Of a stretch of DNA of 64,000 nucleotides, positions 37,801 to 50,324 are shown in pieces. The notes beneath the pieces are model-generated. The model was not told the origin of the DNA, searched no databases, and saw only the letters and a program-made list of their open reading frames with translations. The position numbers and the translations under genes were made by a program. The stretch's first letter is position 1, and each line of letters starts with the position of its first letter. The stretch comes from Octopus sinensis (lineage: Eukaryota). The DNA is taken from assembly GCF_006345805.1 (NCBI RefSeq), contig NC_043025.1, forward strand, positions 5,828,001-5,892,000. The letters run 5' to 3'.

Positions 37801-40800
37801 CACATCTTATTTATTTAATAATTCAACATAGAGGGCACAAGTCCATATAAATGTTTTTTTGTGTAGCAGGACTTTGTGTTATCAATGACTTATAATGTAC
37901 CAAAATCTGATATAATTTCATATGGAGGCGTGTGGCTTTGTGGTTAGGGTGTCAGCATCATGATCAGTGTCGATAAATTAAGAACCAGTTGCATATTGGG
38001 GTCAATCTAATCAACTGGCCCCTTCCCGCAAAATTTCAGGCCTTGTGGCTGAAGTAGAAAAAAATTGGAATCTTGATCACTTGGTTTCATAACCTCAATC
38101 CCTAACCACTGAACTACACACAGTCATCCTTAAGATGAAGCCACTTAAGATAAAGGAAGGAAAATGAAGAAAGAAAAAGAGTCATGTCACTGGGTTTCTT
38201 ACCTTACATGTGCCATCAACACACACCTCCGTGCCATGTGCATTACATGAGGTACCATCCACGACCTTGCCCTTCATGGTTTCTCGCAAGGTTCCGTTCA
38301 CAGCTGAACATACCAAGGCACATCTGTCAGCATCATCTATAAAGGGACACACAGACACATTACGAAATGGTTTAAAAAATGCTTGAGATAACTTGTTGAT
38401 TTTAAACATTTTTCACACTATTGACTTAATGTCTGGAGAGGGGATGACGAGAAGAAAAATGGTTAGTATATACATCTACCCAATGTTTCACTAACTTTGA
38501 TCTTTGATAATCATTATTATAGTCAGGTGTCTTATTCCTGGATGTGTACATAGAACTTCTCACAGCGAACTGCTCACAGCAAGCTGCTCACAGCAAACTG
38601 CTCACAGTGAACTGCTCACAGCGAACTGCTCACAGCGAACTGCTCACAGCGAACTGCTCACAGCGAACTGCTCACAGCGAACTGCTCACTCGAACTGCTC
38701 ACAGCGAACTGCTCACAGCGAACTGCTCACAGCGAACTGCTCACAGCGAACTGCTCACAGCGAACTGCTCACTCGAACTGCTCACAGCGAACTGCTCACA
38801 GCGAACTGCTCACAGCGAACTGCTCACAGCGAACTGCTCACAGCGAACTGCTCACTCGAACTGCTCACAGCGAACTGCTCACAGCGAACTGCTCACAGCG
38901 AACTGCTCACAGTGAACTGCTCACAGCGAACTGCTCACAGTGAACTGCTTACAGCGAACTGCTCACAGCGAACTACTCACAGCGAACTGCTCACAGCGAA
39001 CTGCTCACAGCAAACTGCTCACAGCGAACTGCTCACAGCAAACTGCTCACTCGAACTGCTCACCTCGAACTGCTCACAGCGAGCTGCTCACAGCAAGCTG
39101 CTCACAGCGAACTGCACACAGCGAACTGCTCACAGCTCACAGCGAACTGCTCACAGCAAACTGCTCACAGTGAACTGTTCACAGGGAACTGCTCACAGCA
39201 AACTGCTCACAGGGAGCTACTCACAGTGAACTGCTCACAGCGAACTGCTCACAGGGAACTGCTCACAGCAAACTGCTCACAGCGAACTGCTCACAGCAAA
39301 CTGCTCACTCGAACTGCTCACAGCGAACTGCTCACAGCGAACTGCACACAGCGAACTGCTCACAGCTCACAGCGAACTGCTCACAGCAAACTGCTCACAG
39401 CGAACTGTTCACAGGGAACTGCTCACAGCAAACTGCTCACAGGGAACTACTCACAGTGAACTGCTCACAGCGAACTGTTCACAGCGAACTGCTCACAGGG
39501 AACTGCTCACAGCGAACTGCTCACAGCGAACTGCTCACAGCGAACTGCTCACAGCGAACTGCTCACAGGGAACTGCACACAGCGAACTGCTCACAGCGAA
39601 CTGCTCACAGGGAACTGCTCACAGTGAACTGCTCACAGCGAACTGCTTACAGTGAATTGCTCACAGTGAACTGCTCACAACGAACTGCTCACAGCGAACT
39701 GCTCACAGCGAACTGCTCATAGCGAACTGCTCACAACAAACTGCTCACAGCAAACTGCTCACAGCGGACTGCTCACAGCGAACTGCTCACAGGGAACTGC
39801 TCACAGGGAACTGCTCACTTGAACTACTCACAGCGAACTGCTCACAGCGAACTGCGCACAGCAAACTGCTCACAGCGAACTGCTCACAGCGAACTGCTCA
39901 CAGCGAACTGTTCACAGGGAACTGCTCACAGCAAACTGCTCACAGGGAACTACTCACAGTGAACTGCTCACAGCGAACTGTTCACAGCGAACTGCTCACA
40001 GGGAACTACTCACAGTGAACTGCTCACAGCGAACTGTTCACAGCGAACTGCTCACAGGGAACTGCTCACAGGGAACTGCTCACAGCGAACTGCTCACAGC
40101 GAACTGCTCACAGGGAACTGCACACAGTGAACTGCTCACAGCGAACTGCTCACAGTGAACCTCTCACAGCGAACTGCTCACAGGGAACTGCTCACAGTGA
40201 ACTGCTCACAGCAAACTGCTCACAGCGAACTGCTCACAGTGAACTGCTCACAATGAACAGCTCACATGAACTCAATTGCTGTCTATTTAATAGATATGTG
40301 TCAGTCCAATTTTAGTCACATAGAAGGAATTCTTCCACAACACTTTGTGTGTAATGCCGAGGGAGGTAATAACTTGAATGGAGAAAGATATATATATAAA
40401 TTGTTTTGTTTTACTTGTCTCAGTCATTTGACTGTGGCCATGTTGGAGCACCATCTTTAGTCAAACGAATCGACTCCAGGACTTATTCTTTGTAAGCCTA
40501 GTACTTATTCTATTGGACTCTTTTGCCAAATCACTAAGTTACAGGTTTGTAAACACACCAACATTGGTTGTCAAGCGATGTTGGGAGGGACAAACACAGA
40601 CACACACACGGCAGGCTTCTTTCAGTTTCTGTCAACAAATCCACTCACAAGGGTAGAATAGAAGACACTTGCCCAAGGTGCCATGCAGTGGGTTCAGTCC
40701 CACTGCATTACTACAACTATTATTATTATTATTATTATTATTATCATTATCATCTATTTTCATTCTCTTCTACCTAAGATTAAACCTGTATACTCACCGC

Positions 40801-42556
40801 CAAGATATGGGACCCATTCGTAGTAAACGTCTTTCATAGGTTTTTGGTTGAAGTCAGCACACTGGAGTGACCGGAAATCGGTGTCATCTGGACAATCCTG
40901 AAAATATAATGGAAACAATATGTAACCATGGTTACTGGTATGATGGATGCAACAGACAAGGGATTGGAAGGGTACAGGCCACTCATCCATCTTAACTTGA
41001 TTGTGAGGTATAAAGTAAGGGGTGGAGAGAGGGGATGGTGAGGTAGAGGTTGTAATGATGTGTTCGGGGGCATGTGATGTTGAGGGGGAAAATGAAGGGT
41101 AGGTAAGGAGTAATGAGGGAGTAGAAGAGGGAGATGTGGGATAGAGGGGGTGTCATAGGATAGAAAGGAATTGTGGAATAGAAGGGGATTGTAGGATTGA
41201 AGGGGAATTGTGGGATAGATGGGAATTGTGGGGCAGAGAGGAACTGTAGAATAGAAGTGGATTGTAGGATAGAAGGAGATTGTGGGAAAGAAGGGAATTG
41301 TGGGATAGAAAGGAATTGTGGGATAGAGGTGATTGTGGGGGTAGAGGGAAACTGTGGAATAGAGGGAAATTGTGGGGCAGAGAGGAAATGTAGAATACAA
41401 ACAGATTGTAGGATGGAAGGAGATTGTGGGAAAGAAGGGAATTGTGGGATAGAAAGGAATTGTGGGATAGAGGTGATTGTAGGGCAGAGGGAAACTGTGG
41501 AATAGAGGGAAATTGTGGGGCAGAGAGGAAATGTAGAATACAAGCAGATTGTAGGATGGAAGGAGATTGTGGGACAGAAGCGAATTGTGGGATGGAAGGG
41601 AACTGTGGGATAGAGGGGGATTGTGGGATAAAAGGGTATTGGGAAATAGAAGATTGTGGGATAGAAAGGAATTGTGGGATAGAAGTGGATTGTGGGCTAG
41701 AAGGGAATTGTAGAATAAAGGGGGAATTGTGGGATAGAAGAGGAAAACAGAAACCTTTATGTGTGTCACTTGACATGCTAGAAATAATAGCCAAATCTCT
41801 TCCTCCACTCATTTATACTGTCTTATGAAATATAATGAGGTTATAAGCCCTCACTGTACGTGGGAGAAAGACTGGGTGGCCATGGTTGGAATGGGTTTGA
41901 TCACAGGTGTGGATGGTTACGGTTGACCAGGGGTTAAGCAACAATGACAACATCAACAGCAGCATCAAGAAAAAAAGCAACAGCAGCAACTACAGCAGTA
42001 ACTACAACAGCAAGAACAAGAACAAGAACAACAACAATAACAACAACAACAACACAACAACAACAACAACACCAACATCAACATCGTCAACACTCACCTG
42101 GGTATTGCAAGATGTGTACTTCACTTTGTTTCCAAGGCAACCTTTATTGCTGATAGAAAGAGACGGAAAACAAAGAAAAATGTTATCGTTTATGAAGGAA
42201 CTACAAAACATATTGCTTTGTGTGTGTGAGGTGCGGCTGTTGATAAGAAGCTTGCTTCCCAACCACGTGGTTCCAGGTTCAGTCCTACTGCATGGCACCT
42301 TGGACAAGTGTCTTCTACTTATTCTTATTTCTTTACTACCCACAAGGGGCTAAACATAGAGGGGACAAACAAGGACAGACAAAGCGATTAAGTCGATTAC
42401 ATCGACCCCAGTGCGAAACTGGTACTTTATTTATCGACCCCGAAAGGATGAAAGGCAAAGTCGACCTCGGCGGATTTTGAACTCAGAATGTAGCGGCAGA
42501 CGAAATATCTATTTCTTTACTACCCACAAGGGGCTAAACATAGAGAGGACAAACAG

Positions 42557-42592
<36 letters not shown>

Positions 42593-45500
42593 GATATGCT
42601 CCTTTCAGTTTCTTATTTCTTTATTACCCACAAGGAGCTAAACATAGAGAGGACAAACAAGGACAGATAAAGGGATTAAGTCGATTACATCAACCTGAGT
42701 GCGAAACTGGTACTTTATTTATCGACCCCGAAAGGATGAAAGGCAAAGTCGACCTCGGCGGAATTTGAACTCACAACGTAACGCAGACGAAATACCGCTA
42801 AGCATTTCGCCCGGTGTGCTAACGTTTCTGCCAGCTCGCCGCCTTCCCTATAGTGTCTTCTACTATAGCCTTGGGCTAAACAAAGCCTTGACTGAATTTG
42901 GTAGACAGAAACTGAAAGAAGCCCATCGTGTGTGTGTGTGAGAGAGGAGGAGACCCCTTCGGTCATGACTGACCATGGGATTGCACCTAGAAAGTTACCC
43001 TCTGAGGCACAAGTCTGGACAAGGTTGTTTATGGAAGACGAGCATTTGCCCATGCATACCGGCCTCCCTGCCACATGACTGATGTCATCCAAGGGAAAGG
43101 TTGTCAAGCGATGTGGGGGGGGGAACAAACACAGACACACAAACACACACACATATATATACATATAGACGACAGGTTCCTTTCAGTTTTTGTCTACCAA
43201 ATCCACTCACAAGGCTTTGGTCGGCCCGAGGCTATAGTAGAAGACACTTGCCCAAGGTGCCACGCAGTGGGACTGAACCCGGAACCATGTGCCTGGTAAG
43301 CAAGCTACTTAGCACACAGCCACTCCTGCGCCTATTCCTAGTCTTCGTTAGGTGTTTTACTCTTTTACTTGTTTCAGTCAGTTGACTGCGGCCATGCTGG
43401 AGCACCGCATTTAGTCGAGCAACTTGACCCGGGACTTATTCTTTGTAAGCCTAGTACTTATTCTACCGATCTCTTTTGCCGAACCGTTAAGTGACGGGGA
43501 CGTAAACACACCAGCATCGGTTGTCAAGCAATGCTAGGGGGACAAACACAGACACACAAACATATATATATATATACATATATACAACGGGCTTCTTTCA
43601 GTTTCCGTCTACCAAATCCACTCACAAGGCTTTGGTTGGCCCGAGGCTATAGTAGAAGACACTTGCCCAAGGTGCCACGCAGTGGGACTGAACCCGGAAC
43701 CATGTGGTTGGTAAGCAAGCTACTTACCACACAGCCACTCCTGTTTGTTTATTTTCAGAATGACATTGTAAGGTAGGTGTGAGAGGTTGGATCTGCCCAG
43801 TTTGAACATTAAACAAGGAGAATATGTGGGCTCGTTTAAACGCTAAAAGGTTAATCGTTAAAAGTATTTGCCTTTTGATGGAATATTACGCTTCCATTTC
43901 TTTCTTTACAAACTATCAAATTTAGCCAGAACACATTGTATATACAAGCTTCTTTCAGTTTCCATCTACCAAATCCACTCATTAGTAGGAGATACTTGCC
44001 CAAAGGCCATACAGTGGGATTAAACAGGAAAACTACACAGGTGTGGGTGGGAAGTGAATTTCTTAACCTGGCAGATATGATGTGTTAACCCAGTGAGTGG
44101 TAGTATGAACAATTGGTTGTTCATAATAGCTAAAAATAGATAAATAGCTTCCTTGTTTGTGTATATGGTTGTCCATGTGTTTGTGTTTGAGAATATGAAC
44201 TCCAATAGTGTGAGGTCATTGTTCAAAATGTTGTTATAGCTTATTGAGTTGTGATTTGTATTTTTCAATAAACATGTTTTCTTTATTTGTCCATATTTGA
44301 TTTGTGGTTTTGACAGAACAAAGGTAACGAAGACTAGGAATTATGAACAATTGGTTGTTCATAATAGCTAAAAATAGATAAATAGCTTCCTTGTTTGTGT
44401 ATATGGTTGTCCATGTGTTTGTGTTTGAGAATATGAACTCCAATAGTGTGAGGTCATTGTTCAAAATGTTGTTATAGCTTATTGAGTTGTGATTTGTATT
44501 TTTCAATAAACATGTTTTCTTTATTTGTCCATATTTGATTTGTGGTTTTGACAGAACAAAGGTAACGAAGACTAGGAATTATGAACAATTGGTTGTTCAT
44601 AATAGCTAAAAATAGATAAATAGCTTCCTTGTTTGTGTATATGGTTGTCCATGTGTTTGTGTTTGAGAATATGAACTCCAATAGTGTGAGGTCATTGTTC
44701 AAAATGTTGTTATAGCTTATTGAGTTGTGATTTGTATTTTTCAATAAACATGTTTTCTTTATTTGTCCATATTTGATTTGTGGTTTTGACAGAACAAAGG
44801 TAACGAAGACTAGGAATTATGAACAATTGGTTGTTCATAATAGCTAAAAATAGATAAATAGCTTCCTTGTTTGTGTATATGGTTGTCCATGTGTTTGTGT
44901 TTGAGAATATGAACTCCAATAGTGTGAGGTCATTGTTCAAAATGTTGTTATAGCTTATTGAGTTGTGATTTGTATTTTTCAATAAACATGTTTTCTTTAT
45001 TTGTCCATATTTGATTTGTGGTTTCGACAGAACAAAGGTAATGAAGACTAGGAATTTGAGAGACTTGTTTGCTGCATATGTCTAAATGTTCCCTTAGTGG
45101 AATCTGTCTGGTGGTAGGATCTTGTTTGCTGTGTGTAATTTACAAATACTTGACGTAAATATCAGCAGGGTCCCCACTCCTGGCAAAACGGCCCACAAAA
45201 TTGATGGTTTCCAAATGAAGATGCTCATGATATTTGTCCTGCACAGAGTTACAAATACTTCGTTCTCATCCATGGAGATACATGTGGAGCAGAAATGAAG
45301 TAAAACTGTGACTGGCTCATTAGAAAGTTGGAAGACAATTGCCCAAGGTGCCACACAGTGATGCTGAACATGGAAACTGTGTGGAGAGGAAGCTTAACTA
45401 CACAGCTGTGCCTACACCTGTATATGTGTGAATGTGTATACAGACATGTGTGTGTGTGTGTGCTGCATATATGCCTGTGTGTGTACATATGTGTGTATGT

Positions 45501-47185
45501 GCGTATGTACATAAATATGTGTATGTATATAAGTATATGCATACATATACATATATGTATGTATGCATTTATGCATGTGTGTGTGTATGTTTATACACAC
45601 ACACACATATATGCGCATGTTTTTTGTGTGTAGATATAGAATATTAAAAAAATTAAATTAAAAAAAGATTATAAAATTGTAACCCCTCCCCCCTGATATT
45701 AACACTCCTCAACCTATTTCTTTATTACCCACAAGGGGCTAAACATAGAGGGAACAAACAAAGACAGACATAGGTATTATGTCAATTACATCGACCTCAG
45801 TGCATAACTGGTACTTAATTTATCGACCCTGAAAGGATGAAAGGCAAAGTCGACCTCGGCGGAATTTGAACTCAGAACATAATGGCAGATGAAATACCGC
45901 TATGCCTTTCGCCCAGCATGCTAACGTTTCTGCCAGCTCACCCACTACTGATATTAATACTCCTTAACCACATGACAAGCAGGAGTATTCACTCACCTTC
46001 TGTCCTCACACGTTCTTGTAGACTTCATCACACCTCCTCCACAAGTCCGAGAGCAGACACCGTCAGTCCAAGAGTTCCAATTTGAATTCGTCTCATTTGT
46101 GGGTTGTCCATGAAGCTTCAGTTTGGTTCGGTATTTAATTTATGTTTCATTTTGTTCGTTAAGATTCATTACATTTCCAGGTGTTAATGAAGCATGAGGC
46201 AGAGAAATAAAAAGAGAGAAAGAGAGAGAGGGAGAAAGATTGAAAATAAGAGACAAAAGAGAAAAATATTTCAGAGTACTGTACTTCACTTTACAAGGAC
46301 CTACTTTACGAGACACCCAGGTTTACGAGTTTAATCTTTATATATAAAAGTGAGGTTGTGTGCTGTCTGTCTCCTACGATTTAGATTCCTAACTACTCCC
46401 ACATTTTGCAGTGCAGTTTAACCAAAACCGGGTATCTTATAGTTGTGATTCATATCGACCCCTTCTGGGTATTAGCGCACGTCTAAGTAACGGGTACATA
46501 AACACTAGACGCTAAGTAACGGGTACATAAACACACCAACATCAGTTCTCAAGCAATGCTAGGGGGACAAACACAGACACACAAACATATACACACACAT
46601 ACATATATATATATATATATTATATATATATATATACATATACACGACAGGCTTCTTTCAGTTTCCGTCTACCAAATCCACTCACAAGGCTTTGGTCAGC
46701 CCGAGGCTAACTGGCTTCTGTGATGGTGGCACGTAAAAGGCACCATCCGAGCGTGATCATTACCAGCGTTGCCTTACTGGCACTTGTGCCAGTGGCACGT
46801 GAAAACAACATTCGAGCAAGGTCGTTGCCAGTGCTGCTGGAGTGGCTCCTGTGCAGGTGGCACGGAAAAAATACCATTTGAGCATGGCCGTTGCCAGTAC
46901 CGCCCGACTGGCCTTTATATATATATATATATATGTGCACACACACACACACACACCCGTGCAATCATAAAGGATTAGCATGAAAGGGGGAGGTTAAACA
47001 ATGATGATGATGATGATGATATATATTATATATATATGCACACACACACACCACACACACACACACCCGTGCAATCATAAAGGATTAGCATGAAAGGGGG
47101 AGGTTAAACAATGATGATGATGATGATGATATATATTATATATATATGCACACACACACACACACACACATAATTGTGTATATAT

Positions 47186-47238
<53 letters not shown>

Positions 47239-50200
47239 AGGCGCAATGGCCCAATGGTTAGGGCAGCGGACTCGCGGTCGTAACATCACGGTTTCGATTC
47301 CCAGATGGGGTGTTGTGAGTGTTTATTGAGCGAAAACACCTAAAAGCTCCACGAGGCTTCGGCAGGGAATGGTGGCGGTCCCTGCTGTACTCTTTCGCCA
47401 CAACTTTCTCTCACTCTTTCTTCTGTTGGCCTGCCCGCTTAGCCAGTGGGGTGGCGTCATTTGAAGGCTAAAACAATGCGAAGCGCATTGTGACCAGCGA
47501 TGTGTAGCAACATCTGATAGCCTGGTCGGTCATGGTGATCATGGTGATATATATATATATATATAAATATATATATATATATGTATAGATTCAAATGAAT
47601 ATGGTACTTAATTTAGATGCACCAGAATTTTTTATGGTATTACCCATAAAATTATGTGGGGTGATTATAACCAAAAAATAAGCAACAAGATGGATCCGGT
47701 AATTTAGTACAATTGTTTCATACTATAACAATTTATTAAAGCTGCAAATATTTGCAGCTTTAATAAATTGTTATAGTATGAAACAATTGTACTAAATTAC
47801 TGATCCATTCTTGTTGCTTATTTTTTGTATGTATATATATATGTATTCACACACACACACATACATGCACAAACATGCAAAAACACATACAGGTAGTATA
47901 TTTATATTTTACCTGTGGCAATAGGGAAGCAAAAACCAGGATACAGGTGGTCAACCAGGGCAGCCAGGTACCACTTTGTGGTACCTTTGCTGTCATCATT
48001 GCAACAGAAGTTAGTTGTCTCTTCTTCCCTTTAACAATCGATGCTCATTGGACTCTGCTGAACCTGAAATATACAAAACAAAACAAAAACATAAGCAACA
48101 ATGGCTACAACAACAACAACAAAAGGGGAGGCTCAATGGCCCAGTGGTTAGGGCAGCGGACTTGCGGTGAGCTGGCAGAAACGTTACCACATCGGCAAAA
48201 TGCATAGCCATATTTCATCCGCCGTTACGTTCTGAGTTCAAATTCTGCCAAGGTCGACTTTGCCTTTCATCATTTTCGGATCAATAAATTAAGTACCAGT
48301 TACGCACTGGGGTTGATGTAATCGACTTGACTCCTTTGTCTGTTCTTGTTTGTCCCCTCTATGTTTAGTCCCTTGTGGGCAATAAAGAAATAGGTATTTT
48401 GTCTGTCTTTATGTTCTGAGTTCAATTTCTGCCGAGGTCGACTTTGCCTTTCATCCTTTCGGGGTCGATAAATTAAGTACCAGTTACGCACTGGGATCGA
48501 TATAATCAACTTAATCCGTTTATCTGTCCTTGTTTGTCCCCTCTGTGTTTGGCCCCTTGTGGGTAGTAAAGAAATAGGTATTTCGTCTGCCGCTCCAGCG
48601 GAAGGTGGTGGTGAACCCCGCTGTACTCTTTCACCACAACTTTCTCTCACTCTTTCTTCCTACTTCTGCCACAAAGCAGAGGAACCATAATGTAACCCAC
48701 TATGGTGTGGTTACACTTTCAGACCCTTGTCTAGATTGCGAATCCTCTGTACCCCAGGATGATTCAGCTCTCCAACCGTTAAAAAAGCCACCGTTTATGG
48801 AATGAGGATAACAACGTAGCTATTACGTGTGGTGGGTGGATCTTCAAGTTGCTGCACACATTCTTGTAGCTTAGAGTAGGCTCAAATTAGAGCTTATTCT
48901 GCTTTAATGATAATAATGTGTGTGTGTATGTATATATATATATAAAGTTAATTCAAACAAGATAGCACAAAAAAACACAACAACGCGAGGACGTGGAACA
49001 AATATAGTATTATTGGGCGCTCAGGAAAGAAGGAAAGAAGGAGGGTTTAACGATTCGAGCGAAGCTCTTCGTCGGAAACATAGGAAAAGGAAAGATCCAG
49101 AGAAGGGAAGACAGAGGAAAAAAATCGCCAACGATACACACGCGGTCACATTTATGTTTGTATATATATATATATAGTTAATGCAAACATGAACAAGCAA
49201 CAAAAAAAACAACATGAGGACATGGAGTAAGTACAGTGTTATTGAACGCTCAGGAAAAAGAAGAAAGAAGGAGGATTTCACGTTTCGAGCGGAGCTCTTC
49301 ATCAGAAATATAGAGAAAGTCCAAAGAAGGGAAGACGGGGAAAGAAAATCGCCAACGATACACACTCATATATATTTTCTCTTTTATTCTCTTTTACTTG
49401 TTTCAGTCATTTGACTGCGGCCATGCTGGAGCACCGCCTTTAGTCGAGCAAATGGACCCCAGGACTTATTCTTTGTAAGCCCAGTACTTATTCTATCGGT
49501 CTCTTAGGCCAAACCACTAAGTTACGGTAATGTAAACACACCAGCATCGGTTGTCAAGTTATGTTGGGGGGACAAACACAGACACACAAACACACACACA
49601 CACATATATACATATACATATATATACGACGGGCTTCTTTCAGTTTCCGTCTACCAAATCCACTCACAAGGCTTTGGTCGGCTCGAGGCTATAGTAGAAG
49701 ACACTTGCCCAAGGTGCCACGCAGTGGGACTGAACCTGGAACCATGTGGTTGGTAAACAAGCTACTTACCACACAGCCACTCCTGCGCCTACATACATAT
49801 ATGTATGTATCTATGTATATATGTATGCACACACATACATACTTGAGACAGAAATGTGAGATTTGAGAGAGATTTGTCTGCTCTCTGCTCGTCACCTGTG
49901 TATGACAGGACATGACAGAAGTGAATGAGGCAATTGGTCAGTTGAAAGTGGTGTTAGTCATGGGTGAGAGTGGCGAAAGTTAAGTGCGAGGGAAAAGGGA
50001 GGACTGGAGTTGCTAGGTCATTATTGCAAGTGTGCCATCAAAAGGTCAAGCAAATCTTGACCTCACTGAAAGAAAAAAAAAAGACTAGTTAAGAGGGGAA
50101 AACTCCATCTGGTGTTGATTTGCTGAAAATGGTAGCCAAATCTCCCTCAAATCACACCCTACTGTCTTATGTATGTATATATGTATGTATGAGCCAATGA

Positions 50201-50271
50201 GGGAGACTTCCATATAGCAGCTAGACATGGTAGAAATAGCAGCCAAATCTCCCTCAAATCACACACTACTG

Positions 50272-50324
<53 letters not shown>

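Noticed and set aside
38504-39722. ORFs with repeated [14 protein letters not shown]
   Set aside because: The 14-bp minisatellite lacks stops in all + frames; intronic and antisense to the gene.
41197-41828. Cys/Gly-periodic ORFs resembling metallothionein or keratin-associated proteins
   Set aside because: 18-bp minisatellite; open on both strands and no gene structure.
44020-44982. Repeated 90-aa ORF
   Set aside because: Arises from the 238-bp tandem unit, which is not a multiple of three; no recognisable domain.
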